The notes under the pieces were generated by a model. It worked only from the letters and a program-made list of their open reading frames with translations. It was not told where the DNA came from and did no database searches. Source: a virus (taxonomy: Duplodnaviria > Caudoviricetes). From it: a stretch of 64,000 bases of DNA. A program made the position numbers and the translations under genes. Where the stretch lies: positions 20,725-84,724 of IMG/VR virus record IMGVR_UViG_3300032004_000002. One strand, 5' to 3'. This document shows, one piece after another, positions 1 through 8,377 of this stretch. The stretch's first letter is position 1. Each line of letters begins with the position of its first letter.

Positions 1-22
1 ATTTCCTTTATTAGAATTCAGA

Positions 23-424
23 TTAAACCGCTACCAGCACATCTACGCCTTGGGCGTTGAGTTGGGCAGTAACGATGGACATCTGAGCAGTAGAGATACC
101 GTTGACAGATTTCAGGAGGAAGTCGCTAACTTGTGCAGGACCGCGATACATCACCAGACCAAGACCAGCAGAAGCAAGAGTAAAGGTAGGACGGATGTCG
201 TAATGGTCGCCAAGTACGATACCCAAAACAGAACCAGCAGGCACAGCAGCACCAGCAACGTATTTAGCAAAAGTTGCAGTGAGGGCAGTACCAACAACCA
301 AAGTACCCAACGGGTAGGTGCCAGCGGCCAAGGTTACTTCTTCACGGCAGTAACCATCAGCAGGAGAAAACTCACGGACAACCAGATCACCGAGGACACG
401 GATGTTAAAATCAGTAAGAGGCAT
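23..424 (-). CDS. Head decoration (capsid stabilising) protein
   Basis: 133 aa, small and beta-rich, downstream of the scaffold; followed by an AAGGAAAT RBS at the window edge where a major capsid gene is expected. Confidence 0.7.
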   Translation of the reverse strand: MPLTDFNIRVLGDLVVREFSPADGYCREEVTLAAGTYPLGTLVVGTALTATFAKYVAGAAVPAGSVLGIVLGDHYDIRPTFTLASAGLGLVMYRGPAQVSDFLLKSVNGISTAQMSIVTAQLNAQGVDVLVAV

Positions 425-1404
425 TATTTACCTTCCTTTTTATTGAACTTTTCTTGATAGGATTTGGTCAGAGCGGCAACGCCGTCTTCTTCAGTTTCAG
501 TGACAGTTTCACCACTAACACCTTGCTCTTTAAACATGTCACTTTCTTCAACAGCTTTTTTATCTTTAGCCATTGCTTTAACAACAGTTTCAAAAGCTTC
601 GGTGCTCAATGCCTCAGTAGATTTGTAGAGAACTTCTACCTCATCTTCAGCAACACCTGCTTCTTTCAACAGTACCTTGCGGCCTTTTTCGACAGATTCT
701 TTTTCTTTAGCTTGCAAGTTTTTAACAACCTCATGGGCAGCATCCAACTCAGCTTGTTTTGCAACCAATTCTTGTTCTTTTTCTTCTACGGCTTTTGCAA
801 CAGCAGCTTCTACTGCCTTGCTCAGCTCCTTTTCATGAACTGCTTTAGTTACGAACTCGGACATTTCTTTACCTTTATTTTTGGTCTTTTCCACAGAGGG
901 AGAGGTTGTATCAATTGATACAGTTACGCCCTCTTTCGAGGACAATGCTTGTTCAAACTTCTTCTGCGTTTCAAGAAGTAGGAGCAATTCTTCAGGCTTA
1001 AGATTGGCAATACCTTTATTAATCTCAGCCTCATTTTTATCCATAATCAAGGATTTCATTAGAGTGACAGCTTCAACTCGCTCATCTAGCCACTCTTGAT
1101 ACCAACTAACATAATCTTCTGTATCTTGCTCTTCTTCAACATCAAGACCCATGATACGAGCTAGGACAACTGCATCGTCATACCAAAGGTCAAAGAATGT
1201 GGTGAGAAAGTCTACAATATTCATTTCAACTTGAACCATTGTAGCTTTTTCTACTTGATCTTCAGTAATGTCTTTTGTGGCTTTTGTAAGGAGGGTGGTT
1301 ACACCATTGGCTGGACCACCTTGATGCTTTCCAACCAGAGCCACATGACTACCCATACCTTCAAAGTTAAAGTTAGATAGCCGCTTGCGTGCTTGTTCTG
1401 TCAT
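424..1404 (-). CDS. Capsid scaffold/assembly protein
   Basis: Start re-assigned to MTEQARKRL (ATG 1404, overlapping the upstream stop); acidic coiled-coil C-terminal half; sits between protease and decoration genes. Confidence 0.65.
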   Translation of the reverse strand: MTEQARKRLSNFNFEGMGSHVALVGKHQGGPANGVTTLLTKATKDITEDQVEKATMVQVEMNIVDFLTTFFDLWYDDAVVLARIMGLDVEEEQDTEDYVSWYQEWLDERVEAVTLMKSLIMDKNEAEINKGIANLKPEELLLLLETQKKFEQALSSKEGVTVSIDTTSPSVEKTKNKGKEMSEFVTKAVHEKELSKAVEAAVAKAVEEKEQELVAKQAELDAAHEVVKNLQAKEKESVEKGRKVLLKEAGVAEDEVEVLYKSTEALSTEAFETVVKAMAKDKKAVEESDMFKEQGVSGETVTETEEDGVAALTKSYQEKFNKKEGK

Positions 1405-1862
1405 TAAAGTTCTTCCACAGTAGCGCGGCAACCAATACTAACACCGCAAATATCACCTGATTTAACTTGTTTCCATAGTTTTTCACTTTCAACATCTTGT
1501 TCAGGAAAATGCCACCATTGGAGCCAAGTACCTTTTTTAATCATTCGTCCATCATCCAATACAAAATCAGAGGGTGAAATAAATGATTGTTCAATTTTTG
1601 CAGTTTCAATCTGAACTTGATGGAAGAGGTTGGCTTTATTACAATGAGTATTGAAGTTAATACAAGCTTTTTCAACTTCCTCAGCAGAGTAAATGTCGCC
1701 ATGCAAGTCTACTGTCTCAGGTTCAAGAACAACAAATAGTGCTCTTCGTTCTTCAATGTCAATTGACTTTGTAACTTCTACAACCGGTTCTGACTTGTCT
1801 TTAGATCCGCCAAAGAATTTCTCTAGGAGTTCATAAAGCTTTTCAGATTTAGATTCACTCAT
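1404..1862 (-). CDS. Prohead maturation protease, XkdF-like
   Basis: VLEPETVDLHGD...FNTH...NLFH...GFSIG-like (GVSIG) motifs; directly after the portal. Confidence 0.75.
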   Translation of the reverse strand: MSESKSEKLYELLEKFFGGSKDKSEPVVEVTKSIDIEERRALFVVLEPETVDLHGDIYSAEEVEKACINFNTHCNKANLFHQVQIETAKIEQSFISPSDFVLDDGRMIKKGTWLQWWHFPEQDVESEKLWKQVKSGDICGVSIGCRATVEEL

Positions 1863-3451
1863 TTGAAATCCTCTGCATCTTCTTTCATAAATTTATATTT
1901 CTTTCCATTCACTTCGATAATTTCAAAGTCTTCATCCGTTGATTTAAACAACGATTTGTTCTCAGTGTTAGCTGTAGAGCTGTCCCCTGAGCTTCCGGAT
2001 GAGTTCCCTGTCCCGTTATTAAGGCCGCTTTCCATTCCTTTACCGGAGTTCGAAGTATTATCTGGTAGATAATCAGTTAAAGGATCTTCATCAATAGCGT
2101 GTGGCTTAGCGCCCACAGATTGACGTGTAATATTAAGCACCTCACGATCCAACTCAATAGCACCAGTTGCTGCATAACGTTGAATGGCTTTAGAGAGAAT
2201 ATCAAGATCAGTCTCTTGAACTTCTTCATATTGCCAGTAAGGAAGTTCTCCTTCTAAATCCCAACCATTCATTTTGAATAGAAGATCACGCAGTTCCTTA
2301 AGGGTCTCTTGCATTCCCATAAGTTTATCTTCGACTGCCATGACAACCAAACCACGTTTGGTGTCAGACAAACTAAAAGAGCCTACAGAGTTTTGACCCA
2401 TCTGGAGAATATCAGCCCATAGAGACTGAAGGATGATGCTGTTGTAACGACCGATGATTGCGTTAGTATCAAAACGATTACTGCCTGTAGATGTTACAAG
2501 GTCAAATTCAAATTCAAGGTTGCCCTTCTCATCACGGTCGCTTGGCACAACCACAGATGCTTGTTCATTAGCTTGAATATTACGACCAATATTCATATAA
2601 GCTTCATATGCAGCTTTTTTATCTTCGCTAGCACCTTCAGCCATATACTCGGAAGGAATCTTAAACCGAGGAATACCGTTCAAATCACGAGACAGACTTA
2701 CAGCTTCGTGTTCCTCAATCTTTGTACGGTATTTCCAAGCGTAATAACATTTTAGAAGAGGACTAGTACCCATCGGGTTTCCACGGGTAGAGTCACAAGT
2801 AAAGTTCAGAAGCTTATTTTTACGAATAAAAACTTCGTCAATACTTGTGGCTTTACCACCATTGAATCCACCATAAAAGTCAAGAATGCCTTTTGGGTTT
2901 TGCCAAAATCCTAGAAATGTACGACCATCTTCTGAAAATTCAGCGCGACTAATTGTATCTTGTGAGCGAATTGGAAGCTTTCTAACCCCTACCAATCCAT
3001 CGTCATATTTACTTCCGTTAACTTTCAGCCTTTTACGTAGAACAATTTCATGTGGTGCAAAACCGTAGGTATAAAAACTCACAGCTTCCTTAATAAAGGA
3101 ATACCAAGAATGTTCCATGTCATCTTGAACTTGCTTAAGGTAGACCGCTTTTTTCTTAATATCTTCTGAAGCATCTTGTGGAATGTGAACAGACCACTTA
3201 ACACGGCTCATCATCATCTGAAACAAGTCAAGACCGGAGGAGATTGTTGCATCACGGCTCATGTTCTTGAATGTTTTAGCTGCTTGGGGATATTGAAGCT
3301 CTTTACGAGATTCTTCTAGAATTTGACCGTTAATTTGTTTAAGGCCGATTGCACCGGTTTCACTATAAGGGATGCGAGGAATGGACTCAGATCCTTGAGT
3401 GAGGTCTAGGCTTTCAGCAGCTTTCTTAACGCGTGCCATAGGCATCACCAA
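1859..3451 (-). CDS. Portal protein (DUF935-like)
   Basis: 530 aa after TerL; YGFAPHEIV, GNPMGTSPLLKCYYAW and G-x-P motifs typical of this portal family. Confidence 0.85.
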   Translation of the reverse strand: MVMPMARVKKAAESLDLTQGSESIPRIPYSETGAIGLKQINGQILEESRKELQYPQAAKTFKNMSRDATISSGLDLFQMMMSRVKWSVHIPQDASEDIKKKAVYLKQVQDDMEHSWYSFIKEAVSFYTYGFAPHEIVLRKRLKVNGSKYDDGLVGVRKLPIRSQDTISRAEFSEDGRTFLGFWQNPKGILDFYGGFNGGKATSIDEVFIRKNKLLNFTCDSTRGNPMGTSPLLKCYYAWKYRTKIEEHEAVSLSRDLNGIPRFKIPSEYMAEGASEDKKAAYEAYMNIGRNIQANEQASVVVPSDRDEKGNLEFEFDLVTSTGSNRFDTNAIIGRYNSIILQSLWADILQMGQNSVGSFSLSDTKRGLVVMAVEDKLMGMQETLKELRDLLFKMNGWDLEGELPYWQYEEVQETDLDILSKAIQRYAATGAIELDREVLNITRQSVGAKPHAIDEDPLTDYLPDNTSNSGKGMESGLNNGTGNSSGSSGDSSTANTENKSLFKSTDEDFEIIEVNGKKYKFMKEDAEDFK

Positions 3452-3481
3452 TAGGCATCAAGTCGTGCCTCCTTATATTTA

Positions 3482-4927
3482 TTAAAGTCTAAATTCATTT
3501 ATCTTTGTGTACACAGGAACTGCGAATGCTGGTATAATCTTTCTTGTGTTGGCGGCTTCAAATGCGTCTGCACAAGCATCAAACATGTCATTGAACCCTA
3601 CCCTTGTATTTGAAGGATCTACACGCTCAAGTTCATCAAAAAAAGTATCATTATTTTGGTAAATTTTGTTTTCAAGATCGTTGGTACAACCTTTAACGAT
3701 ACTCACCATACCAGCTTGACAAGCCGCTCCAAACGGCCCGAATCTCTGAACCTTGCCTCCACGGCCGGCGACAGGCATTGCTTTTGCAGTTACATTATGA
3801 GAGACTAATGTTTTAATAATTTCAGCACAATAAGCAGATCCACCTACACCCGGATCTTTAGGGATATATTGTGTAACTTCAGGACCGTCCCTTAAAGAGG
3901 TTTCTAAAATCAGCTTCATCACATCGCCATGTCTTCCACGATAGCGGATAACGTCCTCGATTGTATATTCACCATCTTCACTGCGTGAAATAAGAACTGA
4001 CGCTGTGAAGTCAGGTCGAAGATTATTTTCCGATACAAGGCTGCAAGCTAAGTCCCATGCTCTAACACGAGTACATTTTTTAATCTGTGGGAAGTCCACA
4101 GTTCGCACCCATGTTCTTTGAAAAAGAGATGAGGATTCTTCTTTGGCATACCATGACCCGTCCAAAAGTCGAGCGCGTTCGACACGAGGAAGAGACTGAA
4201 GTTTGCTAAGGTATGTAGGATCGCGCTCCATAAGAACCGGATTATCTGTGCATTTAGCCGGTACAAATGCGAACGACATAGGGCCACAATTGACACCATA
4301 TTGTTCTATAAGTTCTTCTTTAGTTTTACGCCAGATCATGTCATTGCCCATGCGGACAAACCACATTTTAACACCTGCCATAGACTCTAGAGGAATTCCG
4401 TCTTCATCCAAATAGCCTGCATTTTCTAACCAAACACGAAGAAAGGACTCATAGAGGGGGTTACAGGTCCCAAGCATCTGAGGTTGCATCCCTGCATCTG
4501 TACGCATACGGGAGATAAAATAAACTACCTGAGATTCTTCAAACTGCTGCATTTCATCTAGGAGGAAAGCACTTACTTGCCAACCCTGTAGGTTGTATTT
4601 ATCTTTCTCTTGTTCACATCCTCGGGCTACAATAGTTGCTTTGGATGGGAACACAAACTTAACTTCTTTGGTCTTTGCTACTGCACCAAACTCATGATAC
4701 ATCTCTTGACCTGTTTCCCAGATACCTCCGGGACCAGTAATCTGCGGCATAACTCGCCGCATCATTACTCCACGAAACTTTGGAAGATGTACCCACTTGA
4801 GCATTGCCATAACGCCCAAAAATGATTTTCCTGCTCCGGCTGCTCCACCAAATACTACAATGTCTGCATCATTGTTTAAAAACATTTCTTGTTTGCGGCT
4901 TTTTGGGCCAAGGGTGCTATCAGACAT
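3482..4927 (-). CDS. terL: Terminase large subunit
   Basis: Walker A GGAAGAGKS, Walker B FLLDEMQQF, TCNP motif, RuvC-like AWDLA and C-terminal DMFDA. Confidence 0.95.
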   Translation of the reverse strand: MSDSTLGPKSRKQEMFLNNDADIVVFGGAAGAGKSFLGVMAMLKWVHLPKFRGVMMRRVMPQITGPGGIWETGQEMYHEFGAVAKTKEVKFVFPSKATIVARGCEQEKDKYNLQGWQVSAFLLDEMQQFEESQVVYFISRMRTDAGMQPQMLGTCNPLYESFLRVWLENAGYLDEDGIPLESMAGVKMWFVRMGNDMIWRKTKEELIEQYGVNCGPMSFAFVPAKCTDNPVLMERDPTYLSKLQSLPRVERARLLDGSWYAKEESSSLFQRTWVRTVDFPQIKKCTRVRAWDLACSLVSENNLRPDFTASVLISRSEDGEYTIEDVIRYRGRHGDVMKLILETSLRDGPEVTQYIPKDPGVGGSAYCAEIIKTLVSHNVTAKAMPVAGRGGKVQRFGPFGAACQAGMVSIVKGCTNDLENKIYQNNDTFFDELERVDPSNTRVGFNDMFDACADAFEAANTRKIIPAFAVPVYTKINEFRL

Positions 4928-4939
4928 TGTTTCTCCGGT

Positions 4940-5305
4940 TTAAGATTCTTCCTTTTCAAAAGTAAGGAGATATTCACGAATCATTTGTTGGCAATCTCGA
5001 CCTGTGACGCCTCGTTCTTTAACGATCGGTCTGAGTTCTTGAATGGTCAATGTTTCTAGGTACTCTTTACCATACTGAACTTCAATAGGCCAAACTCGCA
5101 AACCATTTGCCATATCGTCTTCAAGAAACTCTTCAGTCTCTACATAAAGCATGGCTTTATTAGGGAAAGTGTTTTTATTCGGATATTTAGTATCCAATTT
5201 ACCACCCATATTTGCAAATCGTACCACTTGATGTAGAAACATCATACCAGCAGCATCTGTAGCTTTAAGCTCAACATTATACTTATTCATATCTACTCTC
5301 TTCAA
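4940..5305 (-). CDS. Hypothetical protein with C-terminal Rho-N/SAP-like helices
   Basis: 121 aa, GAGAG-type RBS; LETLTIQELRPIVKERGV tail. Confidence 0.6.
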   Translation of the reverse strand: MKRVDMNKYNVELKATDAAGMMFLHQVVRFANMGGKLDTKYPNKNTFPNKAMLYVETEEFLEDDMANGLRVWPIEVQYGKEYLETLTIQELRPIVKERGVTGRDCQQMIREYLLTFEKEES

Positions 5306-5325
5306 TTAACTAACTTAATAAGAGA

Positions 5326-5354
5326 ATATTAACCTACAAGTTCTTATACGTCAA
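5326..5354 (-). promoter_or_regulatory. sigma70-like promoter upstream of the terL operon
   Basis: TTGACG-17-TAATAT on the minus strand. Confidence 0.55.
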
Positions 5355-5404
5355 GTATTATTTTAATAAAAATATATAAATCGATAAATAAAATAAATAG
5401 CCCT

Positions 5405-5464
5405 GTCATACACAACCGGGCATCAGTTGTAGGATGAGCTTCATACCTGAAGCCGTAGCATGAC
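5405..5464 (-). ncRNA. Candidate three-way-junction RNA element
   Basis: GTCATGC/GTATGAC closing stem enclosing GCTTCA-GGTA-TGAAGC and ACAACTG-ATGCC-CGGTTGT; G-U pairs work only on the minus strand. Confidence 0.5.
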
Positions 5465-5479
5465 TTACGTGATTTTACT

Positions 5480-6727
5480 TTACAAAAGAACTTCTTGCGA
5501 AGACTGGAATGTAAAGGTAGGTGTTCCTGTTACGTTAACAGTTCTCAGGCGTACATATTTGCCTGCCGGAATAATACCAGATAAGTTGGCTGTTCCTAGG
5601 TTTGTAATACTCAACACACCACCGGTTGATTGACCACTTGAACCAACAACTGTTACCCCGGTTGTAAATCCAATTTCGTTAGCATACTCAAGATAAACAC
5701 GTCCCGATGTGCCAGCGATTAATACGGCAGCAACAGTTATATCTACAGAATAACTTACCTGTGCATCTTGTGTAGAACTAATCTGAAATGCTGTGTTAAG
5801 TGTACGTGCCGGATTGGTAAATGTTCTTACCGGAGCACTGTAATTAGGAACATTCAATACACCAGTTGTGCTATTGTATGTTGCGGCCCCCGTTGTTCCC
5901 GTAGTAGTTAAACTTACAGAAGTTCTTGCTCCGGATTGAGTAATATAACTATTGGGGTTAGTAGTTCCGTTATATGGAGTATAGCCCAACGCTGTAGATA
6001 CTTGACTACTACTAATATTTGTCAGATAACCAGCGTCATTTGTAAATGCACTAACAGCAGTTGGAACTGTAGGGATAGCTGGGAATGTAGCCAAACTGCC
6101 ATCACCACGAAGATACTGAGTGGTAGTGCCTACAGGAGTATTAAACTTAGTAGAAAGACCGTTTGTCAATGCTGTTGTTGTAGCATATCCAGCAAGACTA
6201 GTACTCAACGCAGATTGACTCACAGCATCTGTGATCCCATAACCAGATACAGTTGTTGGTGTGGCTGTAATAGTTGACCAAGCTTGTGTATGGGCTGCGG
6301 GAGTAAAGGTGGAAGGTTTGTTGAGCAATACTCCTAAACCACTAACAGCATTCCAATCAGTCTGGACTTGAGCAGGGGGCGAAGGAACCTGAGAAAGGGT
6401 TATGTATCCAGCATCATTTGTAAGTTCGGAAACATTTTCAGGAATTTCAATTCCTAACATTCCCCTGATCATTTGCTCAGAATTAGATGCTATGATTTGT
6501 TGGGCTAGCGGACTGAATGTGAATGGCTTGAAATTTGAAGACGAGTCAGTGCCCATCAGTACAGAAGGTATCTTCATACTGGGGACTACAAATCCACTAC
6601 CTTCCATTTGGTTTGAGCTATTTTTATAGAACAACTCATTTACAGGCATTTCTGCAAGGAAGGTATCCAAACGAGGGTCGGTTACAGAACCACCACCTTT
6701 AACGGGTCTTTGGGGTCCAATAGCCAT
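5480..6727 (-). CDS. Fibre-like virion structural protein
   Basis: T/S/G-rich; fibre motifs QTDWN, NKPSTFTPAAH, QYLRGDG, LGYTP and repeated TNDAGY. Confidence 0.65.
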   Translation of the reverse strand: MAIGPQRPVKGGGSVTDPRLDTFLAEMPVNELFYKNSSNQMEGSGFVVPSMKIPSVLMGTDSSSNFKPFTFSPLAQQIIASNSEQMIRGMLGIEIPENVSELTNDAGYITLSQVPSPPAQVQTDWNAVSGLGVLLNKPSTFTPAAHTQAWSTITATPTTVSGYGITDAVSQSALSTSLAGYATTTALTNGLSTKFNTPVGTTTQYLRGDGSLATFPAIPTVPTAVSAFTNDAGYLTNISSSQVSTALGYTPYNGTTNPNSYITQSGARTSVSLTTTGTTGAATYNSTTGVLNVPNYSAPVRTFTNPARTLNTAFQISSTQDAQVSYSVDITVAAVLIAGTSGRVYLEYANEIGFTTGVTVVGSSGQSTGGVLSITNLGTANLSGIIPAGKYVRLRTVNVTGTPTFTFQSSQEVLL

Positions 6728-7005
6728 TATTGTTCACCATCATTAACCATGATCACTACACGTCCAGCAGACGTGCAACGAATCCAAACACCTGATAAAG
6801 TTCCATCAAGATAAACAGTAGCATTAGAGGCAACCGAATACCCATCTGTTGTGGTCACTGGGGTGCTTGGTCTCACTTGGATTAAAAATGGGGCCGTGAT
6901 CTTATTTTGAATAATAAGAGGTTGACCAACAGTAATACCGGTAGCAGAATAAATCTCTGTCCAAACACCGGCAACAAGTTGTAAATCAGGTAAAGTATTT
7001 GCCAC
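6727..7005 (-). CDS. Small putative virion protein
   Basis: 92 aa beta-rich ORF coupled to the fibre-like gene; AAAGGTG RBS. Confidence 0.55.
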   Translation of the reverse strand: MANTLPDLQLVAGVWTEIYSATGITVGQPLIIQNKITAPFLIQVRPSTPVTTTDGYSVASNATVYLDGTLSGVWIRCTSAGRVVIMVNDGEQ

Positions 7006-7020
7006 TTTAAAACACCTTTT

Positions 7021-7432
7021 ATTATTTTATTTAGAGGTGTCTTGTACTGAGGAATTATAGCCTATAGACAGACAGCATAGGCTTTTGGTTGGGCAGCCTC
7101 TCTGCTTTGAATCAACCGACCATACTTCATAAATGATTGGTTATAGTATAGTTGATTAGTCTCCCACGCTACCTTGGAACTAACCTCTGCCTCTACACAA
7201 TAAGAAGCTCTCACCACTGATCGTCTTTCCGATCTGCCATTTATTTGATCACCTCTTCATTTAAGCATAAACCTAAATGGTTAGAATTCCCCGATGGGTA
7301 TCAGCACAAAGGTGCATAACGGCTCTAACATCACCTACACGTCTTTCCGTAAGTGTCATTTACAACAGACCCCGCCAGAGGTCTTAAGGTGAGAACTAGG
7401 CAGCTCTCGATACCAGACCGCAGTCTGATTCT
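7021..7432 (-). ncRNA. Candidate ~400-nt highly structured RNA
   Basis: Contiguous hairpins and junctions with minus-strand G-U pairs; two CGGAAAGACG loops; no long ORF. Confidence 0.5.
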
Positions 7433-7852
7433 TTATTCACCATCATCTTCGTCATTAGGATCAATATATACTAGTGACAATCGAGGTTTACTTTGTTCTG
7501 CTACTTCTTCTACGGTTGGTTCATCAATTTCAGCTTCGTCCCTTTTCCCTTTAAGACGTGCTTGAAAGTTACCAAGCTCATCTTGAGATGCAGAACGAGT
7601 CATTGTGACAATTGCTGAAAGCAACCACTTAGCACTTGAGAGACTTTCTGAGTTAACTTCCATCTCATTAAGACTGCGATCAACCAAAGCAATTGCTACA
7701 TCTTCACGCTCTTGAAGTTTCTCGGCCAACTTACGAAGCTTGGATTTATTAACACGAACCTTACTATTTCCCTTCAAATTTTGGTTGGACTCTTCAGCAC
7801 CAAACCTATTCTTAGGGCTAGGATTTCTATTTGTAGTTTTCTTAGTAGTCAT
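7433..7852 (-). CDS. Putative terminase small subunit
   Basis: N-terminal RFG...GN basic motif (DUF5681-like), helical core and acidic tail; AGGT RBS; upstream of terL. Confidence 0.4.
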   Translation of the reverse strand: MTTKKTTNRNPSPKNRFGAEESNQNLKGNSKVRVNKSKLRKLAEKLQEREDVAIALVDRSLNEMEVNSESLSSAKWLLSAIVTMTRSASQDELGNFQARLKGKRDEAEIDEPTVEEVAEQSKPRLSLVYIDPNDEDDGE

Positions 7853-7877
7853 GAGATTACCTATTTGTAAATAATAT

Positions 7878-8068
7878 TTCTTAAATACACTCTATTACAG
7901 AATGTCTGTGTTCACTACGTGAGGAATGTATTTAAGAAAGCTCACTTATCACGGGAGAGAACATAATAAGTGAGCGAATAACCAAACAATCCGAAGAGGA
8001 GGAGAGAAAAGATTGTTTGGTTAGGAAGACAAAGCTATGTTATAGAATTTCTACTTAGGCTTTGTCGG
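7878..8068. repeat. Array of four long inverted repeats
   Basis: TTCTTAAATACA/TGTATTTAAGAA, GCTCACTTAT/ATAAGTGAGC, AACCAAACAATC/GATTGTTTGGTT, GACAAAGC/GCTTTGTC. Confidence 0.85.
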
Positions 8069-8074
8069 GAGAAA

Positions 8075-8160
8075 TGGTGGTTGAAGGAAGGAATTGAACC
8101 TCTAGCCTTGGCGCCGGATTTACAGTCCAGTGATAGTAGCCATCTATCTCTACATCAACC
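8075..8160 (-). tRNA. tRNA-Tyr (GUA), atypical
   Basis: Anticodon arm CTGGA-CTGTAAA-TCCGG, TTCAATT T-loop, long variable arm, encoded 3' CCA; acceptor appears 8 bp with a U-U mismatch. Confidence 0.8.
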
Positions 8161-8377
8161 AATAAATAATCCTAGCGTCTGCTAGGCTACGGCGAAGTAC
8201 TACACTACCTCTCGCCCTGTCTTGCTCCGTGATTATCTCCATGATAATTCTGCACCGAAGACTTTATGTTCACGTTAAACACTACAAGCCCTCAAGGGGA
8301 GACTCAATAAACTCCGTCAAGTTTAAGGAGTGGATTACCACTATCTACAACAAGGGGCTCAAAGGCCTATACACGAA

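Noticed and set aside
454-918. Plus-strand F-rich ORF (and 50-457) opposite the scaffold/decoration genes
   Set aside because: Antisense shadow of K/E-rich coding sequence; no RBS
5405-5464. Hammerhead ribozyme (CTGATG seen)
   Set aside because: CUGAUGA is not complete, lies within a stem, and the GAAA/UH core is missing
7353-7565. Plus-strand 70-aa ORF across the structured region
   Set aside because: No RBS, antisense to the terS-like gene, and does not explain the minus-strand G-U-biased stems
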